From Sphingobacteriia bacterium (lineage in GTDB: Bacteria; Bacteroidota; Bacteroidia; Bacteroidales; UBA7960), in assembly GCA_011390785.1 (NCBI GenBank), contig JAABRR010000018.1:13208-77207 (forward strand): a DNA stretch of 64,000 nucleotides. The letters are read 5' to 3'. Made by a program: the position numbers and the translations under genes. Each line of letters opens with the position of its first letter. The stretch's first letter is position 1. The notes under the pieces were generated by a model, which was not told where the DNA came from, did no database searches, and saw only the letters and a list, made by a program, of their open reading frames with translations. Shown here piece after piece: positions 49,507 to 60,921 of the stretch.

Positions 49507-49803
49507 ATGTTAGAAAAAATTTCTTTCTCCTACAAAAACAGATACTTATATGCATTGGTATTGGTAGCTGCGGGGGTTTGGTTTGGTTTTTTTGATCAGA
49601 ATAATCTCATTCAGCAATACCGTTTAACCCGGCAAATAAAGGAGCTCGAAAAAGAAAAGGATTACTACAGGCAACAAATCGTTAGTGACAGTATTCATGT
49701 TGAGATGCTCCAAAATGACCCGGAAGAACTTGAACGCTATGCACGTGAGAAATACCTGATGAAAAAGAAGGATGAGGACATTTTTATTGTTCCTGAAGAT
49801 TAG
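49507..49803 (+). CDS. FtsB/DivIC-family septum formation initiator
   Basis: A single TM is followed by a coiled coil, and PEELERYAREKYLMKKKDEDIFIV is a typical C-terminal block. Confidence 0.75.
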   Translation: MLEKISFSYKNRYLYALVLVAAGVWFGFFDQNNLIQQYRLTRQIKELEKEKDYYRQQIVSDSIHVEMLQNDPEELERYAREKYLMKKKDEDIFIVPED

Positions 49804-49923
49804 CTATATTACTACGTTCTTAACAAGCTTACAGCAAACCGGCCAGAAATAATCGAGTCGTGGGTATCAAAACCTCATGAAGATAATCCAAAGATAAAAC
49901 CTTTCTTAATCAGATTTAAATAT

Positions 49924-52419
49924 TTAGACAGGATCAACATTGATCTTTAGCCTTACAGCTTTAAAAGTTGTATCGATGCTAAAGTTGTGAGTTATCTGGT
50001 TGAGTATTTTTTTTTGTTTTACAAAGTCCTTATTTCGGGATAGTTTCACCAAAATGTTTTTTAAATATTGCGCTTTAATGCGGGCAACCGGGGGAAATTC
50101 AGGGCCTAATATCTGGTCTATGGGTAGTTGCTGCCTTAACCGGGTTGCAAGATAAGCAGCAGAAGTATTCACTTTTTGTGGATCGGCATGCATAAGTGTT
50201 AATAATACAAGGCGATAAAAGGGAGGGTAATGAAAATTGCGCCGTTCAAGCATTTGTTGATGGTACATTTCTTCATAATTATTATCAATAACTTGCCTTA
50301 TAATAGTATGCCAGGGGTCGAGTGCCTGTATAATAACCTTTCCCCTGTTGTTTTTTCTTCCAGCACGGCCGCTAACCTGGGCCATCATTTGGTATGCACG
50401 TTCATGTGCCCTAAAATCAGGAAATCCAAGCATACTATCAGCACTTAGGATTCCTACTACTCCTACATTTTCAAAATCAAGGCCTTTGCTTACCATTTGT
50501 GTTCCCACCAAAATATCAATTTGCTTTTCTTCAAAATCACTGATGATATTGTTATAGGCATTTTTGGCACGGGTAGTATCAAGGTCCATACGTTTGATCC
50601 TTGCATCAGGGTAAAGAACAGGTAATTCTTCCTCTATTTTTTCTGTACCAAATCCTTTTAATGATATACCATTAGAACCGCACGATGGGCATTGATTATG
50701 GGGTGTAACAGAATAACCGCAGTAATGGCACTTCAGTTTATTAATATGTTTGTGATAAACCAGGCTAACATCGCATTGGGTGCATGTGGGGATGTAGTTG
50801 CATTGATCACATTCCATATGGATGGAGAAACCGCGCCTGTTTTTAAATAGAATTACCTGTTTTTTTTCTTCGAGTGCGGTTTGTATTTTTGTGTATAGTA
50901 AGGAAGATAAATGAGATTTCATTTTCTTCTCTCTGGATTCCTTCTTTATATCGGCCACCAGGATCTCGGGCATCTGCATACCTCCATATCTTTTCAAAAG
51001 GGTAACTAATCCATATTTTCCTGATTTGGCGTTGGAGTAGGATTCTATGGCTGGGGTTGCTGAACCCAAAAGAACTTTTGCCCCATGCTGGTTGGCCAGC
51101 CATAGAGCGGCATCACGCGCATTATACCGTGGTGCTGGGTCATGTTGTTTGTAAGACGTTTCGTGTTCTTCGTCAACAATGATCAGCCCCAGCTGACTAA
51201 ACGGAAGAAATACTGAAGATCTTGGTCCCACCACAAGCTGGTACGAAATTCTCTTACCTGTAGTTTCAATACCTCCATTTACAAGATTACTCCAAACCTC
51301 TGTACGTTCCATTTCATTAAACCGGGAGTGATAAACCCCGGCCTTATCTCCAAAATGATGCTGAATGCGCTTAATAATCTGGGTAGTAAGAGCTATTTCC
51401 GGTAACAGAAAAAGTGCCTGTTTCCCATTATCTAAAACCTCTCTAATCAGTTGAATATAAATTTCGGTTTTTCCGCTGGAAGTAACCCCGTGCAGTAGCA
51501 CACAATCTTTTTCCTTCCAGAGTTCTTTAATCTCTTTTAGCGCAAGTAATTGATAATCATTGAACACAATATCTTTTGCAGTGCGTGATGCGTGATTAAA
51601 ACGACTTACAGACTTTTGATAAATCTCAAATATTCCCTTCTTAACCAGAGCATCTATTGCACTTTGTGCATGTGTAACGCTTTGGTTGATTTCCTTTATG
51701 CTTACTTCCCGAAGAGTTGATTGATAGCGGCCCGAAATCTTAATCCAGGCAATGATTACTTCAAGTTGTCGAGGAGCTCTTTTCTCTGCATAGTCAAAAG
51801 CTTCTTTAAGATTTTCTTCACTTTGATAAGCTTCACTAAGCCTGATAAATTTTTCAATTTTTGGCCTGTAAGGATTTTCAAGTTCTTCATGAAGAAAAAT
51901 GATTTTTTTATCCATCAGGTTTCCAATAAGGTTAAATACCTTTTGTTGGCCGGTAATTTTAGTGATTTCACTTAAAGAGAGAGTTTTCTGTATTTCCAGA
52001 GTTTCAATAATCAGATGTTCTTTTTCGTTAAGCTGTGGCAGTTCGTCAGTAAAATCGGGGTTGAGGGTTATTTTGGTTTCGCTTGCCAGTTTCATGGCCG
52101 AAGGCAAAGCAACGTTCATTACATCCCCGATAGCAGCCATGTAATAATCTGCCACCCACTCCCAAAATTCAAATTGTTTAATGGTAACCACTGGCATGTG
52201 GTCTAATACAGAAAGGATATATTTTGCCTGAAAATTTTGTGGTGGAGTATGATGAACTTTGCGAACTAGTCCCGAATAGATCTTTCTTGCACCAAAAGGA
52301 ACCACAACCCTGATGCCAGTTTGTATCAATTCATTCATTTCGCCGGGCACCCGGTAGGTAAAATACCCAGGCAGGGGTAAAGGGAGAAGAATGTCAACAA
52401 ATAGGGTGATTTTTTCCAT
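49924..52419 (-). CDS. priA: Primosomal protein N' (replication restart helicase PriA)
   Basis: Walker A is GVTSSGKTE and the DEEH box is IIVDEEHE. The Cys-rich zinc module is CDQCNYIPTCTQCDVSLVYHKHINKLKCHYCGYS...CPSCGS. Confidence 0.95.
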   Translation of the reverse strand: MEKITLFVDILLPLPLPGYFTYRVPGEMNELIQTGIRVVVPFGARKIYSGLVRKVHHTPPQNFQAKYILSVLDHMPVVTIKQFEFWEWVADYYMAAIGDVMNVALPSAMKLASETKITLNPDFTDELPQLNEKEHLIIETLEIQKTLSLSEITKITGQQKVFNLIGNLMDKKIIFLHEELENPYRPKIEKFIRLSEAYQSEENLKEAFDYAEKRAPRQLEVIIAWIKISGRYQSTLREVSIKEINQSVTHAQSAIDALVKKGIFEIYQKSVSRFNHASRTAKDIVFNDYQLLALKEIKELWKEKDCVLLHGVTSSGKTEIYIQLIREVLDNGKQALFLLPEIALTTQIIKRIQHHFGDKAGVYHSRFNEMERTEVWSNLVNGGIETTGKRISYQLVVGPRSSVFLPFSQLGLIIVDEEHETSYKQHDPAPRYNARDAALWLANQHGAKVLLGSATPAIESYSNAKSGKYGLVTLLKRYGGMQMPEILVADIKKESREKKMKSHLSSLLYTKIQTALEEKKQVILFKNRRGFSIHMECDQCNYIPTCTQCDVSLVYHKHINKLKCHYCGYSVTPHNQCPSCGSNGISLKGFGTEKIEEELPVLYPDARIKRMDLDTTRAKNAYNNIISDFEEKQIDILVGTQMVSKGLDFENVGVVGILSADSMLGFPDFRAHERAYQMMAQVSGRAGRKNNRGKVIIQALDPWHTIIRQVIDNNYEEMYHQQMLERRNFHYPPFYRLVLLTLMHADPQKVNTSAAYLATRLRQQLPIDQILGPEFPPVARIKAQYLKNILVKLSRNKDFVKQKKILNQITHNFSIDTTFKAVRLKINVDPV

Positions 52420-52485
52420 GCGGATTAAGAAAATAAAGGATGATAAAGATAGCTCTTACCGGAATAGATTGCAAAAGTGTTAACC

Positions 52486-52521
52486 AAAAAAAACTGCAAC
52501 TGGTTAAAAGTTGCAGTTTTT
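52486..52521 (-). terminator. Intrinsic terminator downstream of pfkA (symmetrical, could act both ways)
   Basis: AACTGCAACT (52492-52501) pairs with AGTTGCAGTT (52509-52518). The stem is flanked by A8 and T5. Confidence 0.8.
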
Positions 52522-52544
52522 ATTCTGTTAAGCTATCACGAGTT

Positions 52545-53642
52545 TTAATCACCCATGCAAATACCAACTCCTCTGGCAGTTCTAACCATGTTAGAATCGG
52601 GATCTACAAAGTTATATTGTGCAATTGCTTCTTTAAACGGAACCGATACAATATTTGGATGACGATACGATACCATTTCTCCGTAACGGCCTTCGAGTAC
52701 CATTTCAAAAGCTTTAACACCAAATTGAGTAGCCAAAACACGGTCGTAAGCTGTAGGTGTACCTCCGCGCTGAAGGTGGCCTAAAACAGTTTCGCGCATA
52801 TCGGCCTCCATACCACCATCTTTCAGTTCTTTGATCAATTTGGTAGCTACTCCACCCAAACGTACATTTTTATAGCCTGTTTCAGTGCTTTCTTCGTAAA
52901 ACATTTCACCGTCTTTGGGTTTTGCCCCTTCTGCCACAACAATAATGGCAAATCCACGGCCTTTGTTAAAGCGCTGATAAATTTTATCAACTACTTTGGG
53001 GATATCATAAGGGATTTCAGGAATCAGACATACATGAGCTCCGCCGGCAACAGCTGCGTGAAGTGCTATCCAACCAGCATAACGGCCCATTACTTCAAGA
53101 ACAAGTACCCTGTTGTGACTTTCGGCCGTGGTTACGAGTTTATCAACGGCAGAAGTTGCCTCCTGAACAGCTGTTTGGAAACCGAAAGTAAAATCGGTTG
53201 CCGACAGGTCATTATCTATGGTTTTGGGAACACCAATAATATTGAGTCCTTTATCGAATAATTGTTGTGAAATAGATTGTGAACCATCTCCACCAATATT
53301 GATAACTGCATCAACACCAAGATATTGCAAACGCCGGAGCATTTCATCAGAACGGTCGGCGCTTCCCCAGCTACCATCGGGGTTCTTTATAGGCCAGGCA
53401 AATGGGCCACCCTTGTTGGTGGTACCAATGATTGTACCCCCTCTAATGTGGATTCCACCCACTCTCCTGCTATCTAAAACAACTATTTCATTAGGTTCAT
53501 TTAAAATACCATCAAAAGCATTGATACTTCCAATTACTTCCCAATTCTGTTCTCTTGCTGCTCTGAGGGTAATAGCCCTGATTACCGCATTTAAACCGGG
53601 GCAATCTCCACCTCCGGTTGCTACTAAAACTCTTTTTTTCAT
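52545..53642 (-). CDS. pfkA: 6-phosphofructokinase
   Basis: TGGGDCPGLNAVIR, NIGGDGS, PKTIDNDL, MGRYAGW. Confidence 0.9.
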   Translation of the reverse strand: MKKRVLVATGGGDCPGLNAVIRAITLRAAREQNWEVIGSINAFDGILNEPNEIVVLDSRRVGGIHIRGGTIIGTTNKGGPFAWPIKNPDGSWGSADRSDEMLRRLQYLGVDAVINIGGDGSQSISQQLFDKGLNIIGVPKTIDNDLSATDFTFGFQTAVQEATSAVDKLVTTAESHNRVLVLEVMGRYAGWIALHAAVAGGAHVCLIPEIPYDIPKVVDKIYQRFNKGRGFAIIVVAEGAKPKDGEMFYEESTETGYKNVRLGGVATKLIKELKDGGMEADMRETVLGHLQRGGTPTAYDRVLATQFGVKAFEMVLEGRYGEMVSYRHPNIVSVPFKEAIAQYNFVDPDSNMVRTARGVGICMGD

Positions 53643-53824
53643 TACTTTTTTATATTAATATCAATAAAAAAGCAAAATATTATCCGGCTGTATGAAAGCT
53701 GGTAAAATTTTGCCTGATTTATATTTTTAATTATTATTTCGTTCAAAAAAAAGGAATACTCTTCACTGAAACGATTTAAAAATCTTTGTTTTTGCGATGC
53801 TTTCCTATCATAAAAAAGGAAAAA

Positions 53825-53931
53825 GGAAAAATTTGCCGATAGCCAGGACAGTTCAAATATCATTTACAATACAAGTACTGAACATTCAATTTACTGTAGT
53901 CAAAGCTACTGACGGCAAATTTCCTTTTTTT
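53825..53931. other. Long-range inverted repeat enclosing ~74 nt in a 547-nt non-coding gap
   Basis: GGAAAAATTTGCCG (53825-53838) pairs with CGGCAAATTTCC (53913-53924): 10 bp, a 2-nt bulge, then 2 bp. The stem is flanked by an A-rich tract on the 5' side and T7 on the 3' side. Confidence 0.6.
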
Positions 53932-54189
53932 CCTAAGTTTTGCGTGTTTCACAACAAGCAAATCACCCTTAAATCCGGGAGCAAATCTTAGCTGTCAATA
54001 AGACTTGAACCCATGGATAAAAACAACACATTTTTACCCAATTTATCAAAACACGCACAAAGATAATATTTTATTGGTAACGGGCCGAAAGGATCGATGT
54101 TAAATTTTTGTTATTTATTTCTTCCTGTGACAAATGCCTTCTTTTTTAAACAATAGGAGCAAAATAAACATCTTTTTTTTAAACAACCC

Positions 54190-55374
54190 CTACTTTTTAT
54201 CGTGATCTATCCGTTTTCTTAAAGGTTTTTGTCGTGACTCTGTTTTGTGAATTTTCTTTGTACCCTTATAGAGTTCATATCCTAAAAAACGACATTCGAT
54301 TTGCCCGTTAAATACCATAGTTTGCGTAAAGTGTCGCAAACCTATCTTGTGTGTCAGTAGTTTGTCCGGGCTTATAATCCAGGCTTTAAATCCCGCATAA
54401 TTATGTTTTAAGGCAGTACCCATATTCTGGTAGTATTCACTTATATTTTCACTTTGTAACCTGCGGCCATAGGGAGGATTGATAATAACCATTCCATTAT
54501 CGTGAGAAGGAATTGACTGGAAGAAATCTCTCTTTTCAAGTTTTACTCTACCCAGCAAACCTGCTTCCATAAGATTTTGACGTGCAGCATCCATAGCAAG
54601 GTTGCTGATATCAGACGCCAGTATTTCTGGTGAATTTTTCAGTTCCCCATCACGGGCCTCTTGCTTGAGAGATTCCCATAAAGCAAAATCAAAATTCTGC
54701 CAGTTAAAGAAGGAAAAATTTCTACGAAAAATCGATGGCGCCATATTCAGTGCCATCATACCTGCTTCAATACTAAAAGTTGCGCTACCACACATGGGGT
54801 CATAAAAAGGTTGTTGTTTATCCCACCCTGAAAGCATAATTAATCCCGCTCCAAGCACTTCATTCAATGGAGCTGTAACATTTTTTCTGCGGTATCCTCT
54901 CTTGAAAAGTGGGGCTCCGCTGCTATCAAGCGACACCGAGCAGTTGTTTTTTGTTATAAATATATTTACTTTTATTTGAGGTTCGTCAATATCTACATTA
55001 GGCCGTTTCCCTGTTTTTTCTGTAAAATAATCTGCAATGGCGTCCTTGGTGCGTTGTGCAAGAAAATGGGTATTTGTAAAAACCGAGTCAAATGCCAATG
55101 CATTAATCGCGATGGTTTTATTTACAGAAAAAATGTCGTCCCATTTGTATTCTCTTAAAATATCATAGTAATCCTGCTGCGTTTCAAAAGGAAATTCGAA
55201 TAACGGTTGAAGTATGCTTAGAGCAGTGCGGCTCCAAAGATTTGCCTTATAGAGTATTTGTTTATCACCCTTAAAAGATACCGCTCTTCTTTGTTGTTGA
55301 ACATCATTGGCACCCAATTCTATAAGTTCCTTTTCTAGCAAGCCCTCAAGGCCTGCAAGGGTTTTGGCAATCAT
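54190..55374 (-). CDS. THUMP-domain class I SAM-dependent RNA methyltransferase (RlmL/YpsC-like)
   Basis: IAKTLAGLEGLLEKELIELGA is a THUMP N-terminus. DPMCGSATFSIEA is the SAM motif I. The catalytic motif is INPPYGRRL. The track start is GTG, so the ATG at 55374 is preferred. Confidence 0.8.
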   Translation of the reverse strand: MIAKTLAGLEGLLEKELIELGANDVQQQRRAVSFKGDKQILYKANLWSRTALSILQPLFEFPFETQQDYYDILREYKWDDIFSVNKTIAINALAFDSVFTNTHFLAQRTKDAIADYFTEKTGKRPNVDIDEPQIKVNIFITKNNCSVSLDSSGAPLFKRGYRRKNVTAPLNEVLGAGLIMLSGWDKQQPFYDPMCGSATFSIEAGMMALNMAPSIFRRNFSFFNWQNFDFALWESLKQEARDGELKNSPEILASDISNLAMDAARQNLMEAGLLGRVKLEKRDFFQSIPSHDNGMVIINPPYGRRLQSENISEYYQNMGTALKHNYAGFKAWIISPDKLLTHKIGLRHFTQTMVFNGQIECRFLGYELYKGTKKIHKTESRQKPLRKRIDHDKK

Positions 55375-55424
55375 TCTCTCATTTTCTTTTTCCACTGTAG
55401 GGTATATTTAGGGAATTATTTGAT

Positions 55425-56684
55425 CTATTGAATCTTTCCGTTAATGATCACTGTATGTACTTTATTGCTTCCAAAAGCGTAGGGCATAAAAGCATAGGAT
55501 GGTATTTTGTGCGAAATAAAAACATTTGCTTTTTTACCCAGTGCAATGCTTCCCAGCTCATGTTGCAGATCCATGGCATATGCCCCGTTAATAGTTACAG
55601 CGTTGATCACTTCTTCGGGAAGCATTTTCATTTTAATTGAGCCAAGCGACATAATCAATTGCATATTTCCTGATGGAGAAGACCCCGGGTTGTAATCGCT
55701 GGCAAGTGCAAGGGGTAAACCGGCATCTATCATTTTACGGGCAGGAGGAAAGTCCATTTCAAGGAAGAAAGCCGCACCTGGCAGCAGGCAGGGCATTGTA
55801 TCGGAGTTTAAAAGAGCTTCAATCTCCTTTTCAGCTGTAAATTCCAAATGATCAACCGATAAGGCATTATATTTAACACCCACCTGAATGCCACCGGAAA
55901 AATCGAGTTCATTGGCATGAATTTTAGGCTTTAAGCCATGTTTTATGCCTGCCATTAGAATCCGGTCTGTATCTTCTTCTGTAAAGAAACCCCGATCGCA
56001 AAAAACATCTATATAATCTGCCAGATCTTCGCCGGCAACTTCGGGAATCATCTCATTGATAACCAGGTCAACATATTCGCTCTGTCTACCTTTATATTCA
56101 GCAGGTACTGCATGGGCTCCCAAAAATGTAGATTTAATAGCCAATGGGCTGATTTCTTTGAGTTTGCGAATAACACGCAACATTTTCATCTCGCTTTCGG
56201 CGGTAAGTCCATAGCCCGATTTGATCTCAACTGCGCCGGTCCCCATCATTTTAATTTCCTGAAGTCTTTCCAGAGCCTGATCAATCAAAGATAATTCAGA
56301 TGCATTTTGTAGCCTTTTGGCTGAATTCAGTATTCCGCCGCCACGTTTTGCAATCTGTTCGTAAGAAAGGCCTCTGATTTTATCAATATACTCTATTTCC
56401 CGGCTTCCGTCATAAACAATATGGGTATGAGAATCGCAAAACGAAGGAAAGACCATACGTCCGCTGGCATCAATTTCCTTTACATCATTTTTTGTAGCCT
56501 GAAAAAAAATATCACTTTGTGAAAAGGCATCCATTTTACCAAAAGCCCTGATAATACCCTCTTCAATAAAAAGATAGGCATTTTCAAGGGTTGGGAGATC
56601 AGACATTGCTTTTCCACAAACTTTTTCGGGTGAGTTGCGATCTATCTGAACAAGTTGCTTAATATTACGAATGAGAATTTTCAT
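55425..56684 (-). CDS. hutI: Imidazolonepropionase
   Basis: FCDSHTHIVYDGSRE, the LGAHAVP and HANEL blocks, and DYNPGSSP are amidohydrolase HutI signatures. Confidence 0.85.
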   Translation of the reverse strand: MKILIRNIKQLVQIDRNSPEKVCGKAMSDLPTLENAYLFIEEGIIRAFGKMDAFSQSDIFFQATKNDVKEIDASGRMVFPSFCDSHTHIVYDGSREIEYIDKIRGLSYEQIAKRGGGILNSAKRLQNASELSLIDQALERLQEIKMMGTGAVEIKSGYGLTAESEMKMLRVIRKLKEISPLAIKSTFLGAHAVPAEYKGRQSEYVDLVINEMIPEVAGEDLADYIDVFCDRGFFTEEDTDRILMAGIKHGLKPKIHANELDFSGGIQVGVKYNALSVDHLEFTAEKEIEALLNSDTMPCLLPGAAFFLEMDFPPARKMIDAGLPLALASDYNPGSSPSGNMQLIMSLGSIKMKMLPEEVINAVTINGAYAMDLQHELGSIALGKKANVFISHKIPSYAFMPYAFGSNKVHTVIINGKIQ

Positions 56685-56811
56685 GTATCAATTAAAAGTT
56701 TGAACGGATTTGTAGAATAAAAACTATTCACTAATAATAACAACCCTTAATCAACCATATTCTGATGGGAAGAATGAGTAATTTTTCGGGTCTGTAAAAC
56801 CCAGGAGAATA

Positions 56812-59574
56812 CTAAACAACAATATTTACGATTTTTTTGGGTACAATAATTACTTTTCTTGGGGTTTTTCCCTGAAGCCATTTTTGTGCTTCATCCATTT
56901 TAAGCACAGTTTCCTCTACTTCTTTGCTTGTGGCACCTGCTGCGATTTCTACCTTAAACCGTGTTTTTCCATTAAAAGAAACCGGGTACAGATCCATTTC
57001 TTCGGCTATATACTCTTCTTTGTATACTGGATAGTTTTCTTCTACAATACTTTTGTTGTTACCCAGCAGGTGCCAGAGTTCTTCTGCTATATGGGGGGCA
57101 AATGGAGAAATCAGTATTGCCAGTGGCGAAAGGATTTCTTGTTTGTTACATTTTAGCTCAGTTAGTTCGTTTATACAAATCATAAAGGCGCTTACTGCGG
57201 TATTGAAAGAAAATTTTTCAATGTCTTCGGTTATTTTCTTAATGGTTTTGTGTAGAACTTTGAGCTCGTCTGGTGTTGGCTGGCCATCACCAACTTCAAA
57301 TTCATTGTTGGCATTATGGTATAATCTCCAGAGTTTTCTGATGAAGCGGAACACACCTTCTATACCATTGGTATCCCAGGGTTTTGCATATTCTAGTGGT
57401 CCAAGAAACATTTCATAAAGTCTTAAGGTATCGGCTCCATATTTCTGAATAAGATCATCGGGGTTAACAACGTTGTGAAAAGATTTCGACATCTTCTCTA
57501 TCTCCCATCCGCAATGATATTTTTGGTCTTCGAGAATAAATTCGGCATCTTTGTATTCGGGGTTCCACTTTTTAAAAGCATCTATATCGAGTATATCATT
57601 GCTGACAATATTTACATCAACATGAATAGTCATGGTGTCATATTCTTTTCGCAAACCTTTTGACACATAGGTATTGGTTCCCTTAACACGATAAACGAAG
57701 TTAGACCGCCCCTGAATCATACCCTGATTGATCAGCTTTTTAAAAGGTTCTTCCTTTACACTTACCCCTATATCGAAGAGAAATTTATTCCAGAAACGCG
57801 AGTAAATAAGATGTCCGGTAGCATGTTCTGCTCCGCCAATATACAGGTCAACATCCTGCCAGTATTGAATGGCTTTCGGAGAAACGAGTTCACTGTCATT
57901 GTGCGGATCCATGTACCGCAAATAGTACGCACTTGAACCGGCAAAACCAGGCATAGTATTGGTTTCCAGCGGGTATCCTTCGTCTGTTTCCCAGTTGGTG
58001 GCTCTTGCAAGGGGCGGTTCTCCGCTTTCTGTGGGCAGGTATTTATCTACTTCGGGGAGCTCGAGTGGCAGTTTGCTTTCATCGAGCATATGTGGGATAT
58101 TGTTCTTGTAATAAACAGGGAAAGGTTCACCCCAGTATCGTTGCCGGCTGAAAATGGCATCGCGCAGGCGAAAATTGATGCGTCGGCTTCCAATGCCCTT
58201 ATCTTCCAACCTGTTAATTACTTTTGGAATGGCGTCTTCTACTTCTAACCCATCAAGAAAATCGCTGTTGATCATTTTACCCGTTTTGGCATCGTACGAT
58301 TCGTAGGCAATATTTCCTCCTGAAACAACTTCAGTAATGGGTAGATTAAAGTATTTGGCAAATGCATAATCGCGACTGTCGTGAGCGGGAACAGCCATAA
58401 TTGCTCCTGTTCCATAGCCGGCCAGCACATAATCGGCAACATAAACCGGAATTGGATTTTTCGAAAAAGGATGCTGGCAATAAGCTCCGGTAAACTGACC
58501 GCTCACAGTTTTTACTTCTGCCATTCTTTCTCTTTCAGACCGGTTGCGGGCCATCGTAACATATTCCTTTATTTTTTGAGCATATTCGGGTGTTGTAATC
58601 TGATTGGTATACTCATGCTCAGGGGCAACTACCATAAAAGTAGACCCAAAAATGGTATCGGGGCGGGTGGTAAAGACTTCCAAAGATAAGTTATGATTTT
58701 TAACCGGGAAAAAAATTGTAGCCCCTTCGGAGCGTCCAATCCAGTTGCGCTGAATTTCTTTCAAAGACTCGCTCCAATCTACATGATCAAGACCGTTTAG
58801 CAGCCTTTCAGAGTAAGCCGTTATTCTAAGCAGCCACTGCTGCATTTTTTTCTTTTCAACGAGATGGCCCCCTCTAACAGAGAATCCTTCTTTTACTTCA
58901 TCGTTTGCCAGCACAGTGCCGAGTTTTGGGCACCAGTTAACCATTGTTTCAGAAAGATAAGCCAAACGATAATTCATCAGAATAGTTTGCTGCTGTTGTT
59001 CAGCCATATTATTCCACTGATTGGCAGAAAATGTATCTACAGGATCACAGGCTATATTAAGGCCTTCGTTTCCCGATTTTTCAAAAATTTTTATGAGCCG
59101 GTTTATGGGTTGAGCTTTTTGCAGCTCGTTATCGAAATAATGGTTAAATAGCTGAATAAAAGTCCATTGAGTCCATTTGTAATAGGATGGATCGCAGGTT
59201 TGCACTTCTCTGTTCCAATCGAATGAAAATCCAATTTTATCTAGCTGTTCGCGATATCTTTTAATGTTTCTTTCTGTTGTAATGGCTGGGTGTTGACCTG
59301 TTTGAATGGCATATTGCTCTGCCGGCAGGCCGTAAGCATCATATCCCATTGGATGCAGCACGTTAAAACCTTTTTGCCTTTTGAAGCGCGAATAAATATC
59401 CGATGCTATATATCCAAGCGGGTGCCCTACATGCAAACCTGCCCCAGATGGGTAAGGAAACATATCGAGCACGTAATATTTTGGTTTTTCGGTGTTGATA
59501 TCTATTTGGTAAGATTTGTTTTCGCGCCAGAAATTCTGCCATTTCTGCTCTATAGTAGTGAAATTATATTCCAT
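56812..59574 (-). CDS. leuS: Leucine--tRNA ligase
   Basis: [18 protein letters not shown], the KMSKS motif as EKMSKSFHN, and a CP1 editing domain are present. Confidence 0.97.
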   Translation of the reverse strand: MEYNFTTIEQKWQNFWRENKSYQIDINTEKPKYYVLDMFPYPSGAGLHVGHPLGYIASDIYSRFKRQKGFNVLHPMGYDAYGLPAEQYAIQTGQHPAITTERNIKRYREQLDKIGFSFDWNREVQTCDPSYYKWTQWTFIQLFNHYFDNELQKAQPINRLIKIFEKSGNEGLNIACDPVDTFSANQWNNMAEQQQQTILMNYRLAYLSETMVNWCPKLGTVLANDEVKEGFSVRGGHLVEKKKMQQWLLRITAYSERLLNGLDHVDWSESLKEIQRNWIGRSEGATIFFPVKNHNLSLEVFTTRPDTIFGSTFMVVAPEHEYTNQITTPEYAQKIKEYVTMARNRSERERMAEVKTVSGQFTGAYCQHPFSKNPIPVYVADYVLAGYGTGAIMAVPAHDSRDYAFAKYFNLPITEVVSGGNIAYESYDAKTGKMINSDFLDGLEVEDAIPKVINRLEDKGIGSRRINFRLRDAIFSRQRYWGEPFPVYYKNNIPHMLDESKLPLELPEVDKYLPTESGEPPLARATNWETDEGYPLETNTMPGFAGSSAYYLRYMDPHNDSELVSPKAIQYWQDVDLYIGGAEHATGHLIYSRFWNKFLFDIGVSVKEEPFKKLINQGMIQGRSNFVYRVKGTNTYVSKGLRKEYDTMTIHVDVNIVSNDILDIDAFKKWNPEYKDAEFILEDQKYHCGWEIEKMSKSFHNVVNPDDLIQKYGADTLRLYEMFLGPLEYAKPWDTNGIEGVFRFIRKLWRLYHNANNEFEVGDGQPTPDELKVLHKTIKKITEDIEKFSFNTAVSAFMICINELTELKCNKQEILSPLAILISPFAPHIAEELWHLLGNNKSIVEENYPVYKEEYIAEEMDLYPVSFNGKTRFKVEIAAGATSKEVEETVLKMDEAQKWLQGKTPRKVIIVPKKIVNIVV

Positions 59575-59727
59575 TGTATAAGGGATTTAGGCTTTTTTAC
59601 GAGGTGCGAAATTAGTAAAATTTATCGTATCCCTGTGTCCTTGGATAGGTTTTAAACAAAGTACGCTAAAAGCGTTGCAGGTAAGAAAATTGAAAGAAAT
59701 AAACGGTAAAAGTTGCCTTATGAATAA

Positions 59728-60882
59728 TTAATTATCCCTGGCAGCTATTTTGGGTAATGAAAACCAGAACGAACTGCCGTGGCCGTGTGTGCTGGTAAAA
59801 TCGAAAACTCCCTTATTTTTTTCAACAAAATCGCGAATTAGCAACATCCCCAAACCACTGCCTCTCTCGTTATGGGTGCCGGGTGTAGAATAAGATGTCT
59901 GACCAGAGTCTTTAAGTCTTGACATTTGCTCGATGGTCATACCCACACCGAAATCCGTTACCCTTACTTCTACTGATTGAGGTAGTTCTTTAATATTAAT
60001 ATCAATTTTCCCTCCTGGGTGTGAGTATTTTATGGAATTGGATAGCAGATTTCTTAAAACGGCATTCACCATTTCGAGATCTGTATAGGCCTGAAATATA
60101 GAACCATCAGTAGTAACATTGATCGAAACATCTTTTTTTCGGGCGGTAGGTTTAAACAAAGAAATAGTTTGGTTAACAAGAATAACAATTTCTACCGGCA
60201 TTGGGTTAATTTTAATACTCTGCATTTGTGAGCGCGACCAATCGAGCAGATTTTGCAGAAGACTAAAGGCTCTGCGGGCTGAATCGTGAATCATACCTGC
60301 CATTTGAATCACTTCCTTTTTATTGAAATATTCGATTTCCTTTTCTAAGGATTCTGTTCCGAAAAGGATATTATTAAAAAGGTTTTTCATATCATGAGAA
60401 ATGACTGAAAAAAGCTGGTTCTTTACTTCGTTAAGCCTTGCAAGCTCTTCATTTTGTGTGGTTATAAGATCGCGGTTATATTTCAATTCGAGATGAGTGA
60501 ATATTCTCTTTAGCAATTCAATGGCATTAAAAGGTTTTGTTACGTAATCAACAGCCCCTTTATCAAGTCCGTTGATAACATCTTGTTGATCAACTTTTGC
60601 AGTAAGAAAGATAACCGGTATATGAGCTGTTAATTGATCTTTTTTGAGTTTCTCACAAACTTCAAATCCATCCATACCTGGCATAGAAACATCGAGTAAA
60701 ATTAGATCGGGGATGTTATTCTTTATGGCTTTTAATGCTTTTACGCCACTTTCGGCATAATTAACCTTTAGTCCTTTTTCATTGAGAAGGTGAACGAGTA
60801 CCTGAATATTTTCTGGTACATCATCTACGATTAGGACCTTAAATCCTTTCCGACTGATTAGCTTTTCCTGATGTGTGTTCAT
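59728..60882 (-). CDS. Response-regulator receiver fused to a histidine kinase (REC-HisKA-HATPase)
   Basis: The receiver is VLIVDDVPENI...LLDVSMPGMDG...KP. The H-box is FSVISHDMKN. The G-box is GSGLGMLL. Confidence 0.85.
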   Translation of the reverse strand: MNTHQEKLISRKGFKVLIVDDVPENIQVLVHLLNEKGLKVNYAESGVKALKAIKNNIPDLILLDVSMPGMDGFEVCEKLKKDQLTAHIPVIFLTAKVDQQDVINGLDKGAVDYVTKPFNAIELLKRIFTHLELKYNRDLITTQNEELARLNEVKNQLFSVISHDMKNLFNNILFGTESLEKEIEYFNKKEVIQMAGMIHDSARRAFSLLQNLLDWSRSQMQSIKINPMPVEIVILVNQTISLFKPTARKKDVSINVTTDGSIFQAYTDLEMVNAVLRNLLSNSIKYSHPGGKIDINIKELPQSVEVRVTDFGVGMTIEQMSRLKDSGQTSYSTPGTHNERGSGLGMLLIRDFVEKNKGVFDFTSTHGHGSSFWFSLPKIAARDN

Positions 60883-60921
60883 TTATTAGGGTATTTAACA
60901 GATCATTCTTTTATGTATTGC

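Noticed and set aside
53642-53991. 73-aa (minus) and 64-aa (plus) ORFs in the pfkA-upstream gap
   Set aside because: They overlap each other on opposite strands in very AT-rich DNA. Their products are poly-F/K/I and not protein-like. The region is treated as non-coding.
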